From the NCBI GenBank assembly GCA_016781105.1, contig JADDRA010000079.1, positions 3,659-55,198 of the forward strand: DNA of 51,540 nucleotides, read 5' to 3'. A program made the position numbers and the translations under genes. Within the stretch, counting starts at the first letter, position 1. Each line of letters opens with the position of its first letter. The notes under the pieces were generated by a model, which saw only the letters and a program-made list of their open reading frames with translations, did no database searches and had not been told where the DNA came from. Shown in pieces: positions 13,604 through 22,644 of this stretch. The stretch is from Actinomycetota bacterium (GTDB lineage Bacteria > Actinomycetota > Acidimicrobiia > Acidimicrobiales > CADCSY01).

Positions 13604-14374
13604 GTGGCTGATCCGATCCGTCCCTGGCGCCGGCCCCCGCCTCCCCCGCCCGACCCGTCCATCCTGCCCCCCGATCTGGTGGCCCGGGCCCGGGGCCTGC
13701 GCCTCCAGCTGGGCGACAACATGGGCGGGGGATCCGAGCACCGGCGCCGCACCCGCAACGCCTACGACGAGGCCCTGGTCCAGGTGGCCGACCTGCTCGA
13801 GCTCCCCGGCGCCCCCGACCCCGAGCTGGTCATCGGGCGGCGGGTGCTCACCACCCTGGAGCGCTCGCTGCTGGAGAAGGCGGTGGTCGCCCGGGGCGTC
13901 GACCTCGGCATCGCCGAGCGGCCGCGGCTCCGGGCCCTTGGTCCCGGGCCCCAACCCACCGGGCCCCCGGCTGCCGGCCGGACGCCCACCCCCGGACCTC
14001 CTGCCGCCAGTTCCCCTGGGTGGGACGGGCGCCGTCGCACACCCCCGAGCCCGAGCGTCGACCCGGCCCCGCCGGCCCCGCCCCCGCCCGTGCGGAGCCG
14101 CCGCGACAGCCTCCTGGTCGAGGCCCGAGCCATGCGCCGGCGCCTCGACCTCTACGAAGCCGACGACCGGTTGTGGCCGACCAAGGTGCAGGAGTGGTGC
14201 GAGGACCTCGACACCTACGACGGCCTGCTCATCGACCTCGCCGTGGCCACCGGCCTCCCGACCTCGGTGCTGCCCGAGGGTGACCGGCGGCGGCTGCTGG
14301 CCGAGGAGCGGGCCGGCATCGAGGGCGGCCTGGCCCGAGCCGGCCACGAGCTCGATCGCGACCGCGCCCACTGA
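13604..14374 (+). CDS. Hypothetical protein with an internally duplicated helical domain
   Basis: GGGAGG RBS before GTG 13604; two copies of a YDxxL...ERxxxE...G motif separated by a Pro-rich linker. Confidence 0.6.
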   Translation: MADPIRPWRRPPPPPPDPSILPPDLVARARGLRLQLGDNMGGGSEHRRRTRNAYDEALVQVADLLELPGAPDPELVIGRRVLTTLERSLLEKAVVARGVDLGIAERPRLRALGPGPQPTGPPAAGRTPTPGPPAASSPGWDGRRRTPPSPSVDPAPPAPPPPVRSRRDSLLVEARAMRRRLDLYEADDRLWPTKVQEWCEDLDTYDGLLIDLAVATGLPTSVLPEGDRRRLLAEERAGIEGGLARAGHELDRDRAH

Positions 14375-14474
14375 GCTGGGCGTCCTTCACCCTCGAGCCG
14401 GCGGCGTGCGCCGCTCGGGCTCCGGGGTAGGCTCCGGCTCGTCCCGATGTTCCTCCTTCCCTGCGAGGTGTGAG

Positions 14475-14768
14475 ATGGCTGTGGTGACCGGGCTGCGCGA
14501 CGACGACATGGAGACCACGTGGCTCCGGCCCGGAGTGACGGCCATGAGCTCGGACACCCCCCTCGGGACCGACGCCGACGGGACCGACGCTGACAGCGCC
14601 GACGTGGTCGACGGCGACAGCACCGACACCACCGACGGCGACACCGCCGACACGACCGACAGCACCGACACGACCGACAGCACCGACAGCACCGACACGA
14701 CCGACAGCACCGACACGACCGACGTCGACTCGACCGACGTGGTCGACGGCGACACCGCTGGCGCCTGA
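14475..14768 (+). CDS. 97-aa Asp/Thr/Ser-rich repeat peptide, candidate RiPP-like precursor
   Basis: GAGGTG RBS (14465-14470) then ATG; about 32-aa non-repetitive leader (LRDDDMET) followed by a DxT/DxD repeat core; overlaps the JmjC frame. Confidence 0.75.
   Translation: MAVVTGLRDDDMETTWLRPGVTAMSSDTPLGTDADGTDADSADVVDGDSTDTTDGDTADTTDSTDTTDSTDSTDTTDSTDTTDVDSTDVVDGDTAGA
14568..14756 (+). repeat. Coding tandem repeat (about 9-bp unit ACCGACAGC/ACCGACACG)
   Basis: Encodes D-T-T / D-S-T triplets. Confidence 0.85.
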
Positions 14769-16017
14769 GGCCCCCGCCGCAGTCGGCGGCGCGCTGGCCC
14801 GCTGCGTCGGCGACGCCGCCGACTTCCTCGACCGGAGCTGGGCCCGCCGGCCCCACCGCCTCGACCCCCCCGACCCCGGAGCCTTCGCCGACCTGCTGTC
14901 GCTGGCAGCCGTCGACCACGTCCTGTCGACGACCGCCCCGCGCACGCCCTCCTTCCGGCTGGTCGCCGACGGCACCCCCCTGCCCGAACCCTCCTACACC
15001 CGGTCGGGCCAGGTGGGGGGCAAGCCCTACCGGGGGGCAGCCGATGTCGCCCGGCTGTCCCAGGCCTTCGCCGACGGGGCCACCGTCGTGCTCCAGTCGC
15101 TGCACCGCTCGTGGGCGCCGCTGGCCCGCTTCTGCCGTGACCTGGAGCTGACCCTCACCCATCCGGTGCAGGCCAACGCCTACCTCACCCCGGCCGGGGC
15201 CACCGCACTGGCGCCCCACCACGACACCCACGACGTGTTCGTGCTGCAGATCCACGGCCACAAGCACTGGCGTGTGGCCGAGCCGGTGGTGGAGGCGCCC
15301 CTCCCCCGCCACCGCTCCCGCCAGGCCCTGGCCGCCGCCCAGCCGCTGCTGTTCGAGGCCGACCTGACCCCGGGCGACTGCCTGTACCTCCCCCGGGGCT
15401 TCGTCCACGCCGCCACCGCTCAGGACGGCGTCTCCCTGCACGTGACCATCGGGGTCCACGCCGTGACCGCTCACGACGTGCTCGCCGCCGTGGTCGACCG
15501 GGCCGCCGAGCACCCGGCTTTGCGGGTCCCCCTGCCCGTCGGCTTCGCCCGCGACCCCGAGGCGGCGACCCTTGCGGTGCAGGCATGCGTGGCCGAGGTC
15601 GGCCGCTGGCTGTCCTCGCTCGACCCGGTCCCGGTGGCCGAGGGGCTGCGGCGGCGGTTCTGGTCGCAGCGCCAACCCCTCCTGGAGGGCCAGCTCATCC
15701 AGCTCGTCGACCTCGGCCGCCTCGACGACGACTCGGTGGTGATCCGCCGCCCCGGTGCCATCTACGAGCCGGCGTCCCCTGGTGACGGGTACGGTGACGG
15801 GGCCGGGAGCGGGGGCGACGGGGGCCGGCTGCGCCTGCTGCTGGGCGACCGGGAGCTGGTCCTGCCCGCCGAGCTCGGTCCCGCCCTGCACCGGTTGCTC
15901 GACGGCGATCCACGACCGGTGTCAGACCTCGCCGACCTGCTCGACGAGCCGAGCCGCCTGGTCCTGGTGCGCCGGCTGGTGCGCGAGGGCCTGGTGCAGG
16001 TCGTGGCCCATGTCTGA
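14758..16017 (+). CDS. JmjC/cupin Fe(II)-2-oxoglutarate oxygenase of the ROX (RoxA/YcfD, NO66) family
   Basis: NAYLTP, H-x-D in APHHDTHDVFVLQIHGHKHW, PGDCLYLPRGFVH, C-terminal winged-helix-like LVRRLVREG. The frame is open upstream of the called GTG 15013 and encodes ALARCVG..FLDRSWARRP; probable CTG start at 14758. Confidence 0.85.
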   Translation: MAPEAPAAVGGALARCVGDAADFLDRSWARRPHRLDPPDPGAFADLLSLAAVDHVLSTTAPRTPSFRLVADGTPLPEPSYTRSGQVGGKPYRGAADVARLSQAFADGATVVLQSLHRSWAPLARFCRDLELTLTHPVQANAYLTPAGATALAPHHDTHDVFVLQIHGHKHWRVAEPVVEAPLPRHRSRQALAAAQPLLFEADLTPGDCLYLPRGFVHAATAQDGVSLHVTIGVHAVTAHDVLAAVVDRAAEHPALRVPLPVGFARDPEAATLAVQACVAEVGRWLSSLDPVPVAEGLRRRFWSQRQPLLEGQLIQLVDLGRLDDDSVVIRRPGAIYEPASPGDGYGDGAGSGGDGGRLRLLLGDRELVLPAELGPALHRLLDGDPRPVSDLADLLDEPSRLVLVRRLVREGLVQVVAHV

Positions 16018-16993
16018 GGGGGCCGCTCCCCAGGCGACGGTGTCGGTGACCTGTGCCGCGGCCTCCCTGGGCCGCCACGAGGCGTTGGTGGCCAGTGCCT
16101 CCCGGGTGCGGTCGTGGCTGCTGATCGAGCAACCCGGGTCCTGGGGCCGGGACGCCCTGCTCGAGAGCGGCCTCGACCCCGTCCTGGCGTCCGCCCTCCT
16201 GGCTCGGTGCCGGCGGGCGGGAGTGCGCCCCATCCTGATCCGGCGCCCACCCTCGCTGCACTCGGCCGCTCCCGGCGCCCTTGGCCACCGGCGTTGCTAC
16301 CTGGCCCACTCCGGGATTCACCGGAGCTGGTCGGAGGCCCTCGACCTCGACGATCCCGCCTCCCTCCTCGACCTCGACCTCGGCCTGCTGGCGTCGGACC
16401 GGCCACCGGGCCTGGGGGCCGCCGAACCCGGACCGCTGCTGTTGGTCTGCACCAACGGGCGCCACGACCGCTGCTGCTCCGACCTGGGGCGCCCCCTGGT
16501 CCGGGCCCTGGTCGAGGCCGGCTCGCACGACGTGTGGGAGTGCTCCCACATCGGCGGAGACCGCTTCGCCGCCAACCTCGTGTGCCTGCCCGAGGGCGTC
16601 TACTTCGGACGGGTGGCGGCTACCGCCGGCCCAGGGGTGGTCGCCGACTACCGGCGCGGCCAGCTCAGCCTCGAGCACTACCGGGGTCGGTCGTCCCACC
16701 CCTCGCTGGTGCAGGCCGCGGAGCTGTTCGTGCGCCGGGCCAGTGGCCTGCTCGGGCTCGACGCCCTCCTGCCTCGCGCGGTCGAACCGCTCGGCGAGGA
16801 CGAGGCCGAGGTCACCTTCGTCACCGCGGGCGCCCCCGCCTCCTCGCCGCCGGGGTGGCGGGCCCGGGTGGGCCGGCGGCGCTCCCCGTGCCCGGCGGTG
16901 CTCACCTGCCGGTCGGACCGGGCCTCCTGTCCCTGGGAGTACCACCTGGTCGACCTGTCGCCGCTGGCCCTGGCCCCCTCGTCTCCCGCCTGA
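16010..16993 (+). CDS. Sucrase/ferredoxin-like (thioredoxin-like 2Fe-2S, Apd1/Aim32-like) protein
   Basis: WLLIEQPGSWG, LLVCTNGRHDRCC, WECSHIGGDRFAAN, YRGRS; ATG 16010 overlaps the JmjC stop by 8 nt. Confidence 0.85.
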   Translation: MSEGAAPQATVSVTCAAASLGRHEALVASASRVRSWLLIEQPGSWGRDALLESGLDPVLASALLARCRRAGVRPILIRRPPSLHSAAPGALGHRRCYLAHSGIHRSWSEALDLDDPASLLDLDLGLLASDRPPGLGAAEPGPLLLVCTNGRHDRCCSDLGRPLVRALVEAGSHDVWECSHIGGDRFAANLVCLPEGVYFGRVAATAGPGVVADYRRGQLSLEHYRGRSSHPSLVQAAELFVRRASGLLGLDALLPRAVEPLGEDEAEVTFVTAGAPASSPPGWRARVGRRRSPCPAVLTCRSDRASCPWEYHLVDLSPLALAPSSPA

Positions 16994-17008
16994 GCAAGCC
17001 CGGCGCGC

Positions 17009-17866
17009 TCAGCGCCGGCGCCGCTCGGCGGCGGCCACCGTGTTGGCCAGGAGCATGGCCACCGTGGTGGGGCCCACTCCGCCCACCCGAGGTGTGATCC
17101 ACCCGGCCACCTCGGCCACCGACTCGTCGACGTCGGGCAGGATGCGCCGACCCTGGTAGCGCACCCCACCGCCCACCACCACCGCGCCGGGGCGGACGTG
17201 GCCGAGCTGGAGGATCCCGGGAACGCCGGCGGCGGCGATGACGACGTCGGCCCGCCGGGTGTGCTCGGCCCACTCGGGCACCCCGGTGTGGACCACGGTG
17301 ACCGCGGCGTTGGCCGTGGGCCGCTTCTGGCTGAGGAGCAGGGCCAGGGGCCGCCCGAGAGTGAAGCCCCGGCCCAGGATCACGACGTGGCGCCCGGCGA
17401 CGGGCACCTCGTAGTGGGCCAGCAGCGCTTCGATGCCGGCCGGGGTGCAGGGGACGGGACCGGGCATCGACAGGGCCAGGCGACCGAGGTTGGCCGGGTG
17501 GAGCCCGTCGGCGTCCTTGTCGGGGTCCATGGTGGCCAGGGCGGCCTCGTAGTCGATCTGGGCCGGCGTGGGGTGCTGGACGAGCATGGCGTCGACCGCG
17601 TCGTCGTCGTTGAAGTCGCGGATGGCGCCCACGAGGTCGTCCTGGGTGGCGTCGGCCGGGAGGTGACGGTGCGACGAGGCGATGCCGAGCTCGTCGGAGC
17701 GGGCGTGCTTGCCCCGGATGTAGCCGGCGCTGGCCGGGTCGTCGCCCACCAGGATGGTCCCCAACCCGGGCCGGTGCCCGGCAGCCACCAGCGCCTCGAT
17801 CCGGGGCCGCAGGCCGGCCAGCACCGCCTCGGCCACCGGTCCCCCGGGCATGAGCACGGCGGTCAT
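17009..17866 (-). CDS. folD: Methylenetetrahydrofolate dehydrogenase/cyclohydrolase
   Basis: [34 protein letters not shown]. Confidence 0.93.
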   Translation of the reverse strand: MTAVLMPGGPVAEAVLAGLRPRIEALVAAGHRPGLGTILVGDDPASAGYIRGKHARSDELGIASSHRHLPADATQDDLVGAIRDFNDDDAVDAMLVQHPTPAQIDYEAALATMDPDKDADGLHPANLGRLALSMPGPVPCTPAGIEALLAHYEVPVAGRHVVILGRGFTLGRPLALLLSQKRPTANAAVTVVHTGVPEWAEHTRRADVVIAAAGVPGILQLGHVRPGAVVVGGGVRYQGRRILPDVDESVAEVAGWITPRVGGVGPTTVAMLLANTVAAAERRRR

Positions 17867-17927
17867 GCCGGCGACTTCTCCCGGTCCTCTCCACCGGTTC
17901 CGGGGCCGGATGCGGGAGGGGTGGGCG

Positions 17928-19451
17928 TCAATGGAGGAACTGGCGCTCGCCGGTGAGGACCATGGCCAGGCCCAGGCGGTCGGCGGCGGCGGTGACCTCG
18001 CCGTCGCGCACCGAGCCCCCCGGTTGGACCACCACGGCGACCCCGGCCGCGGCCGCCGCCTCCACCCCGTCCGGGAAGGGGTAGAACCCGTCGGTGGCCG
18101 AGGCGCCCCCGGCGGCGCGACCCCCGGCCTTGGCCGCGGCGATCTCGGCCGCCCCCACCCGGCTCTGCTGGCCGGCGCCGATCCCCACGGCCATGCCCGC
18201 CTTGACCAGGGCCACGGAGTTGGACGTGACGTGCCCGCACAGCCGCCAGGCCAGCTCGGCGTCGGCCCACTGCTCGTCGGTGGGCGCGAGCTCGGTCACC
18301 ACCCGCCAGGCATCGCGCCCGGCGACGAAGCGGGGCGCCTCCTGGACCAGGAAGGCACCGGCGAGCTGGCGGAGCTGGAGCCGGTGGGCCACGGGCGCCG
18401 GCGCGCTGAGGACACGAGTGTTCCTGCGCTTGGCCGCCAGCAGCTCGACCACCCCGTCGTCGTAGGCGGGGGCGATGACGACGTCGGCCTGGGCGGCGGC
18501 GACCATGCGCTCGGCGGTGGCGGTGTCGACCGGGCGGCTGAGCGCCACGATGCCCCCGAAGGCCGACTGCTCGTCGCCCTCGTAGGCCCGCTGGTAGGCC
18601 TGGGCGAGATCGGGGGCCACGGCCGCGCCGCAGGGGTTGGCGTGCTTGACGATGGCGACCGCACACCCGTCGCCGGCCAGGGGGACGAGATCGTGCACCA
18701 GGGCCCAGGCCGAGTCGGCGTCGTAGAGGTTGAGGTACGACAGCGCCAGGCCCTGGTGCTGGACCACGCCGTCCCACCAGGTGGTGGTCCCGACCGGTCG
18801 GTAGCGGGCCCCGGCCTGGTGGGGGTTCTCGCCGTAGCGCAAGTCCTGGGCCCGCTCCAGGGCCAGGTGCACGGTGGGTGGGAGGGGGCCGGCGGGGGCG
18901 GGGTCGGTGGCGTCGAGCCAGCCCACGATGGCGGCGTCGTAGGCGGCGGTGTGGGCGAAGGCGGCCCGGGCCAAGCGCCGGCGGGTGGCGTCGGCCAGCG
19001 ATCCTGTCGACCGAAGCTCGTCGAGCACCGGGGCGTAGTCGCCCGGGTCGACGACCACGCCCACCGAGGCGTGGTTCTTGGCTGCGGCCCGCACCATGGT
19101 GGGCCCGCCGATGTCGATCATCTCGATCGAGGGATCGGACCGGAAGGGGTAGAGGTTGGCCACGACCAGGTCGATGGGCTCGATGCCCCGGGCGTCGAGC
19201 TGGGCCAGGTGGGCGGGCTCGGACCGGTCGGCCAGGATGGCCCCGTGCACGGCCGGGTGCAGGGTCTTGACCCGGCCGTCGAGCATCTCGGGGGCGCCGG
19301 TCAGGTCCTCCACCGAGCGCACGGCCAGGCCGGCCTCGGCCAGGGTCCGGGACGTTCCGCCGCTCGACACCAGCTCCCACCCCAGCTCGGCCAGGCCCGA
19401 GGCCAGCTCGACCAGCCCGCGCTTGTCGTAGACCGACAGCAGCGCCCTCAC
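17928..19451 (-). CDS. purH: AICAR transformylase / IMP cyclohydrolase
   Basis: [47 protein letters not shown]; GTG 19451 overlaps the purN stop. Confidence 0.95.
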   Translation of the reverse strand: MRALLSVYDKRGLVELASGLAELGWELVSSGGTSRTLAEAGLAVRSVEDLTGAPEMLDGRVKTLHPAVHGAILADRSEPAHLAQLDARGIEPIDLVVANLYPFRSDPSIEMIDIGGPTMVRAAAKNHASVGVVVDPGDYAPVLDELRSTGSLADATRRRLARAAFAHTAAYDAAIVGWLDATDPAPAGPLPPTVHLALERAQDLRYGENPHQAGARYRPVGTTTWWDGVVQHQGLALSYLNLYDADSAWALVHDLVPLAGDGCAVAIVKHANPCGAAVAPDLAQAYQRAYEGDEQSAFGGIVALSRPVDTATAERMVAAAQADVVIAPAYDDGVVELLAAKRRNTRVLSAPAPVAHRLQLRQLAGAFLVQEAPRFVAGRDAWRVVTELAPTDEQWADAELAWRLCGHVTSNSVALVKAGMAVGIGAGQQSRVGAAEIAAAKAGGRAAGGASATDGFYPFPDGVEAAAAAGVAVVVQPGGSVRDGEVTAAADRLGLAMVLTGERQFLH

Positions 19452-20011
19452 CGAGCGCTCACCTGCTCGACGAAGGCCCGGATGGTGCGGGGGTAGAGCC
19501 GGCGCTCGACCGCCTTGATGCGCTCGTGAAGGGTGGCGGCGGTGTCCCCGGCGAGCACCGGCACCCGCTCCTGGGCCAGGATGGGCCCGGCGTCGACCTC
19601 CAGGGTGGCCAGGTGCACGGTGCACCCGGTCTCCTCCACCCCCGCCTCCAGCGCCCGGTCCACCGCGTGCCACCCGGGGAAGGCCGGCAACAGCGCCGGG
19701 TGGGTGTTGAGGATGCGACCGCCAAAGGCGTCGTGGACCGGTGTGTCGAGCACCGTCGCGAACCCGGCCATCACGACCAGCTCGACCCCATGGACCTCCA
19801 GGGCGTCGACGATGCGGTGGGTGAAGTCGAGACGGTCGAAGTCGGCGCCGAAGCTCTCCCGGCGCACCACCTCGGCCGGCACCCCGGCCCGCTCGGCCAC
19901 CTCGGTGGCCCGGCACGGCCGGTCGACCACCACCACGGCCACCTCGATGCCGGCGGCGAGGATGGCCTCGAGGATGGTGCCGCTGCCCGACGCCAGCACC
20001 CCGATGCGCAC
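19448..20011 (-). CDS. purN: Phosphoribosylglycinamide formyltransferase
   Basis: VLASGSGT, LNTHPALLPAFPG, TGCTVH, VDAGPI. Confidence 0.95.
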   Translation of the reverse strand: MRIGVLASGSGTILEAILAAGIEVAVVVVDRPCRATEVAERAGVPAEVVRRESFGADFDRLDFTHRIVDALEVHGVELVVMAGFATVLDTPVHDAFGGRILNTHPALLPAFPGWHAVDRALEAGVEETGCTVHLATLEVDAGPILAQERVPVLAGDTAATLHERIKAVERRLYPRTIRAFVEQVSAR

Positions 20012-20099
20012 CGGCGGGACGGTACCAGCGGTCCGGCCACCACCCTGCCTGCCGCCCGCTCGAGCTACCCCTGCCGGTGGCGGCGGCGGTGGGAGGGCG

Positions 20100-20984
20100 T
20101 CAGGTCAGGGAGGCGACCGTCTCGGCCACCAGGCGGGCGGCCTCGCTCGGGTCACGGCCCACGGCCACCCCCGCCGCTTCCAAGGCATCGATCTTGGCCC
20201 GGGCCGTGCCCCGAGTGCCCGAGACGATGGCCCCAGCGTGGCCCATCCGCCGCCCCGGCGGGGCCGTGACCCCGGCCACGTAGCCCACCACGGGCGTGGC
20301 CATCCCGGCCACGTACTCGGCCGCCTCCTCCTCGGCCGAGCCGCCGATCTCGCCGATGAGCAGCACCACCCGGGTGTCGGGATCGGCCTCGAACAGGGCC
20401 AGGCAGTCGACGAAGGTGGTCCCCGGCACCGGGTCGCCCCCGATGCCCACGCAAGTGGTCTGGCCCACCCCGGCCTGGGTCAGCTCGTGGAGGGCCTGGT
20501 AGGTGAGCGTGCCCGAACGGCTCACGATGCCCACCGGGCCTCCGCCCCGGCCGATCTCCCCGGCGGTGATGCCGATGTTGGTCCGTCCCGGGCTGATCAC
20601 CCCCGGGCAGTTGGGCCCGAGCAGGCGGGTGCCGGGGAAGTCGTGCACCAGGGCGGCGTGCATGCGGGCCTGGTCGTGGGTGGGGACGCCCTCGGTGATG
20701 ACCACCACCAGCTCGATGCCGGCGCCGGCCGCCTCCAGCACCGCCGGGGCCACGCCTGGAGCCGGCACGAAGATGCACGAGGCGTTGGCCCCGGTGGCGT
20801 CCACCGCCTCGCCCACGGTGGCGAAGACGGGGATGCCCTCGACGTCGGTCCCTCCCTTGGTCGGGTGGGTCCCGGCCACCACCTGGGTGCCGTAGGCCCG
20901 GTTGCGCAGCCCGTAGAAGCGTCCCTGGCTCCCGGTGAGCCCCTGGTAGACCACCCTGGTGGTCTCGTCGGCCAGGATGGTCAC
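20100..20984 (-). CDS. sucD: Succinyl-CoA synthetase alpha subunit
   Basis: [32 protein letters not shown]. Confidence 0.96.
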   Translation of the reverse strand: MTILADETTRVVYQGLTGSQGRFYGLRNRAYGTQVVAGTHPTKGGTDVEGIPVFATVGEAVDATGANASCIFVPAPGVAPAVLEAAGAGIELVVVITEGVPTHDQARMHAALVHDFPGTRLLGPNCPGVISPGRTNIGITAGEIGRGGGPVGIVSRSGTLTYQALHELTQAGVGQTTCVGIGGDPVPGTTFVDCLALFEADPDTRVVLLIGEIGGSAEEEAAEYVAGMATPVVGYVAGVTAPPGRRMGHAGAIVSGTRGTARAKIDALEAAGVAVGRDPSEAARLVAETVASLT

Positions 20985-22156
20985 GCCACCGGCGCTCCCG
21001 CTGGCTCCCCCGTGGCTGCGGCCGCCAGCTCCACCGCCGTGCGGGCTGCCTCCACCATGGTGGGCCGGGAGCGCAGGCGGGCCGACTCGTGGCCGGCCAG
21101 GATGGCTCGGCCCTCGGCCGCGTTGGTCCCGTCGAGGCGCACGACGATCGGTGAGGTGATCTCGACGCGCTCGAGCGCCTCGACGATGCCCCGGGCCACC
21201 TCCTCGCCCCGGGTGATGCCACCGAAGATGTTGACCAGGATGGCCGCCACCTCGGGGTCGGCGTTGACCAGCTCCAGGGCGGCGGCCATGACCTCGGCCT
21301 TGGCTCCTCCACCGATGTCGAGGAAGTTCGCCGGCCGGCCGCCCACCTGGGCGACGACGTCGAGGGTGCTCATGGCCAGGCCGGCGCCGTTGGCGATGAT
21401 CCCCACGCTGCCGTCCAAGCCGACGTACTGCAGGCCCCGGGCCCGGGCCGCCCGCTCCCGCTCGTCACCCTCCTGGGTGGCGGCGTAGCGGTCCCAGTCG
21501 GGGTGGCGGTAGGCGGCGCTGTCGTCGAGGGTCACCTTGGCGTCGAGCGCCACCAGCGAGCCGGCAGCGGTGACCACGAGGGGGTTGACCTCGACCAGCT
21601 CGGCGTCGCCCTCGCTGTAGGCCACCCACAGCCGCCCGAGCAGCTCGATCAGGTCCCGGGCGCCCGGACCCGACAGCCCGGCGGCGGCGATCCAGCCCCG
21701 GCAGCCGTCGGTCGTCAGACCCTCGACGGGATCGATGTGCAGGCGGGCCACGGCGCCGGGATCCTCGGCCGCCACGGCCTCGATGTCGACCCCGCCCCGG
21801 GCCGAGAGCAGACCCAGGTGGGCCCGGGCGGCGCGGTCGAGGGTGAAGCTGACGTAGTGCTCGGCGGCGATCTCCGCCGCCGCCTCCACCCAGACCCGCT
21901 CGACCAGGTGGCCCGAGATGTCCATGCCGAGGATGGCCTCGGCCGCCGCCCTGGCCTCGCCGGCGTCGGCGGCCACCCGGACGCCCCCGGCCTTGCCCCG
22001 GCCGCCCACCCGCACCTGGGCCTTGACCGCCGCGGGGAACCCCAGCTCCTCGGCCGCGGCCACGGCCTCGTCGGCGTCGGTGGCTACCTTTCCGGCGGGA
22101 ACGGGGACCCCGAAGGAGCCCAGGAAGCCCTTGCCCTGGTACTCGAAGAGGTCCAC
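20981..22156 (-). CDS. sucC: Succinyl-CoA synthetase beta subunit
   Basis: MDLFEYQGK, GGRGKAGGV, EVNPL, NGAGLAM, NIFGGI; GTG 22156. Confidence 0.96.
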   Translation of the reverse strand: MDLFEYQGKGFLGSFGVPVPAGKVATDADEAVAAAEELGFPAAVKAQVRVGGRGKAGGVRVAADAGEARAAAEAILGMDISGHLVERVWVEAAAEIAAEHYVSFTLDRAARAHLGLLSARGGVDIEAVAAEDPGAVARLHIDPVEGLTTDGCRGWIAAAGLSGPGARDLIELLGRLWVAYSEGDAELVEVNPLVVTAAGSLVALDAKVTLDDSAAYRHPDWDRYAATQEGDERERAARARGLQYVGLDGSVGIIANGAGLAMSTLDVVAQVGGRPANFLDIGGGAKAEVMAAALELVNADPEVAAILVNIFGGITRGEEVARGIVEALERVEITSPIVVRLDGTNAAEGRAILAGHESARLRSRPTMVEAARTAVELAAAATGEPAGAPVA

Positions 22157-22175
22157 CGGGGCCGATACTACGACG

Positions 22176-22640
22176 GTGGGGGCCCGGCGCTCGGTGGTGG
22201 TCGGCCTGCTCGCCGTGGCCTTCGGTGTGGCCCTGTTCGCCGCCCTGGCCGTGCTCGGCAGCTCGGGGCAGGTCGAGGTGCGCCTGGGCGACGACGTGTT
22301 CCAAGCCGGCCAGGTCGAGCGGTTGGCGGCCAACGTGGCCCGGGACGGCCCCATCGCCATCCCCGACGCCTCACCCGAGCGGGCTCGTGACATCTACCTC
22401 CAGCACCTGGGCGCCAGCCCCGAGGTGGGCTGGCTGGCCTTCGCCGCCCAGGCTCCGGGGGCGCCGCGGTCGTGCCTGCTCCAGTGGGTGGCCACCGAGC
22501 GCCACTTCGTCGATCCCTGCAGCGGGCTTCGCTACCCGGCTGACGGTGAAGGGCTTCCCCAGTACCGGACGACGGTGGCCGAGGGTGTGCTGTCGGTCGA
22601 TCTGCGCCAGCCCGGGCCGGCCGGCGCCCGCGTGCCCTGA
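22176..22640 (+). CDS. Membrane-anchored hypothetical protein with a degenerate Rieske-like domain
   Basis: N-terminal TM helix; SCLLQW...FVDPCSGLRYPADG.GLPQY...VDL mirrors the Rieske layout without the His ligands. Confidence 0.55.
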   Translation: MGARRSVVVGLLAVAFGVALFAALAVLGSSGQVEVRLGDDVFQAGQVERLAANVARDGPIAIPDASPERARDIYLQHLGASPEVGWLAFAAQAPGAPRSCLLQWVATERHFVDPCSGLRYPADGEGLPQYRTTVAEGVLSVDLRQPGPAGARVP

Positions 22641-22644
22641 CCCT

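Noticed and set aside
14450-14470. Anti-SD hairpin (CCTC/GAGG) over the peptide RBS
   Set aside because: Only about 4 bp of pairing, too weak to claim regulation.
14568-14756. Repeat array as a possible CRISPR
   Set aside because: The unit is about 9 bp and codon-phased with no unique spacers, and no cas genes are present.
13596-14768. 390-aa ORF from the track
   Set aside because: The N-terminal part is an off-frame Pro/Arg-rich read of the 13604-14374 gene; only 14475-14768 has an RBS and coherent composition.
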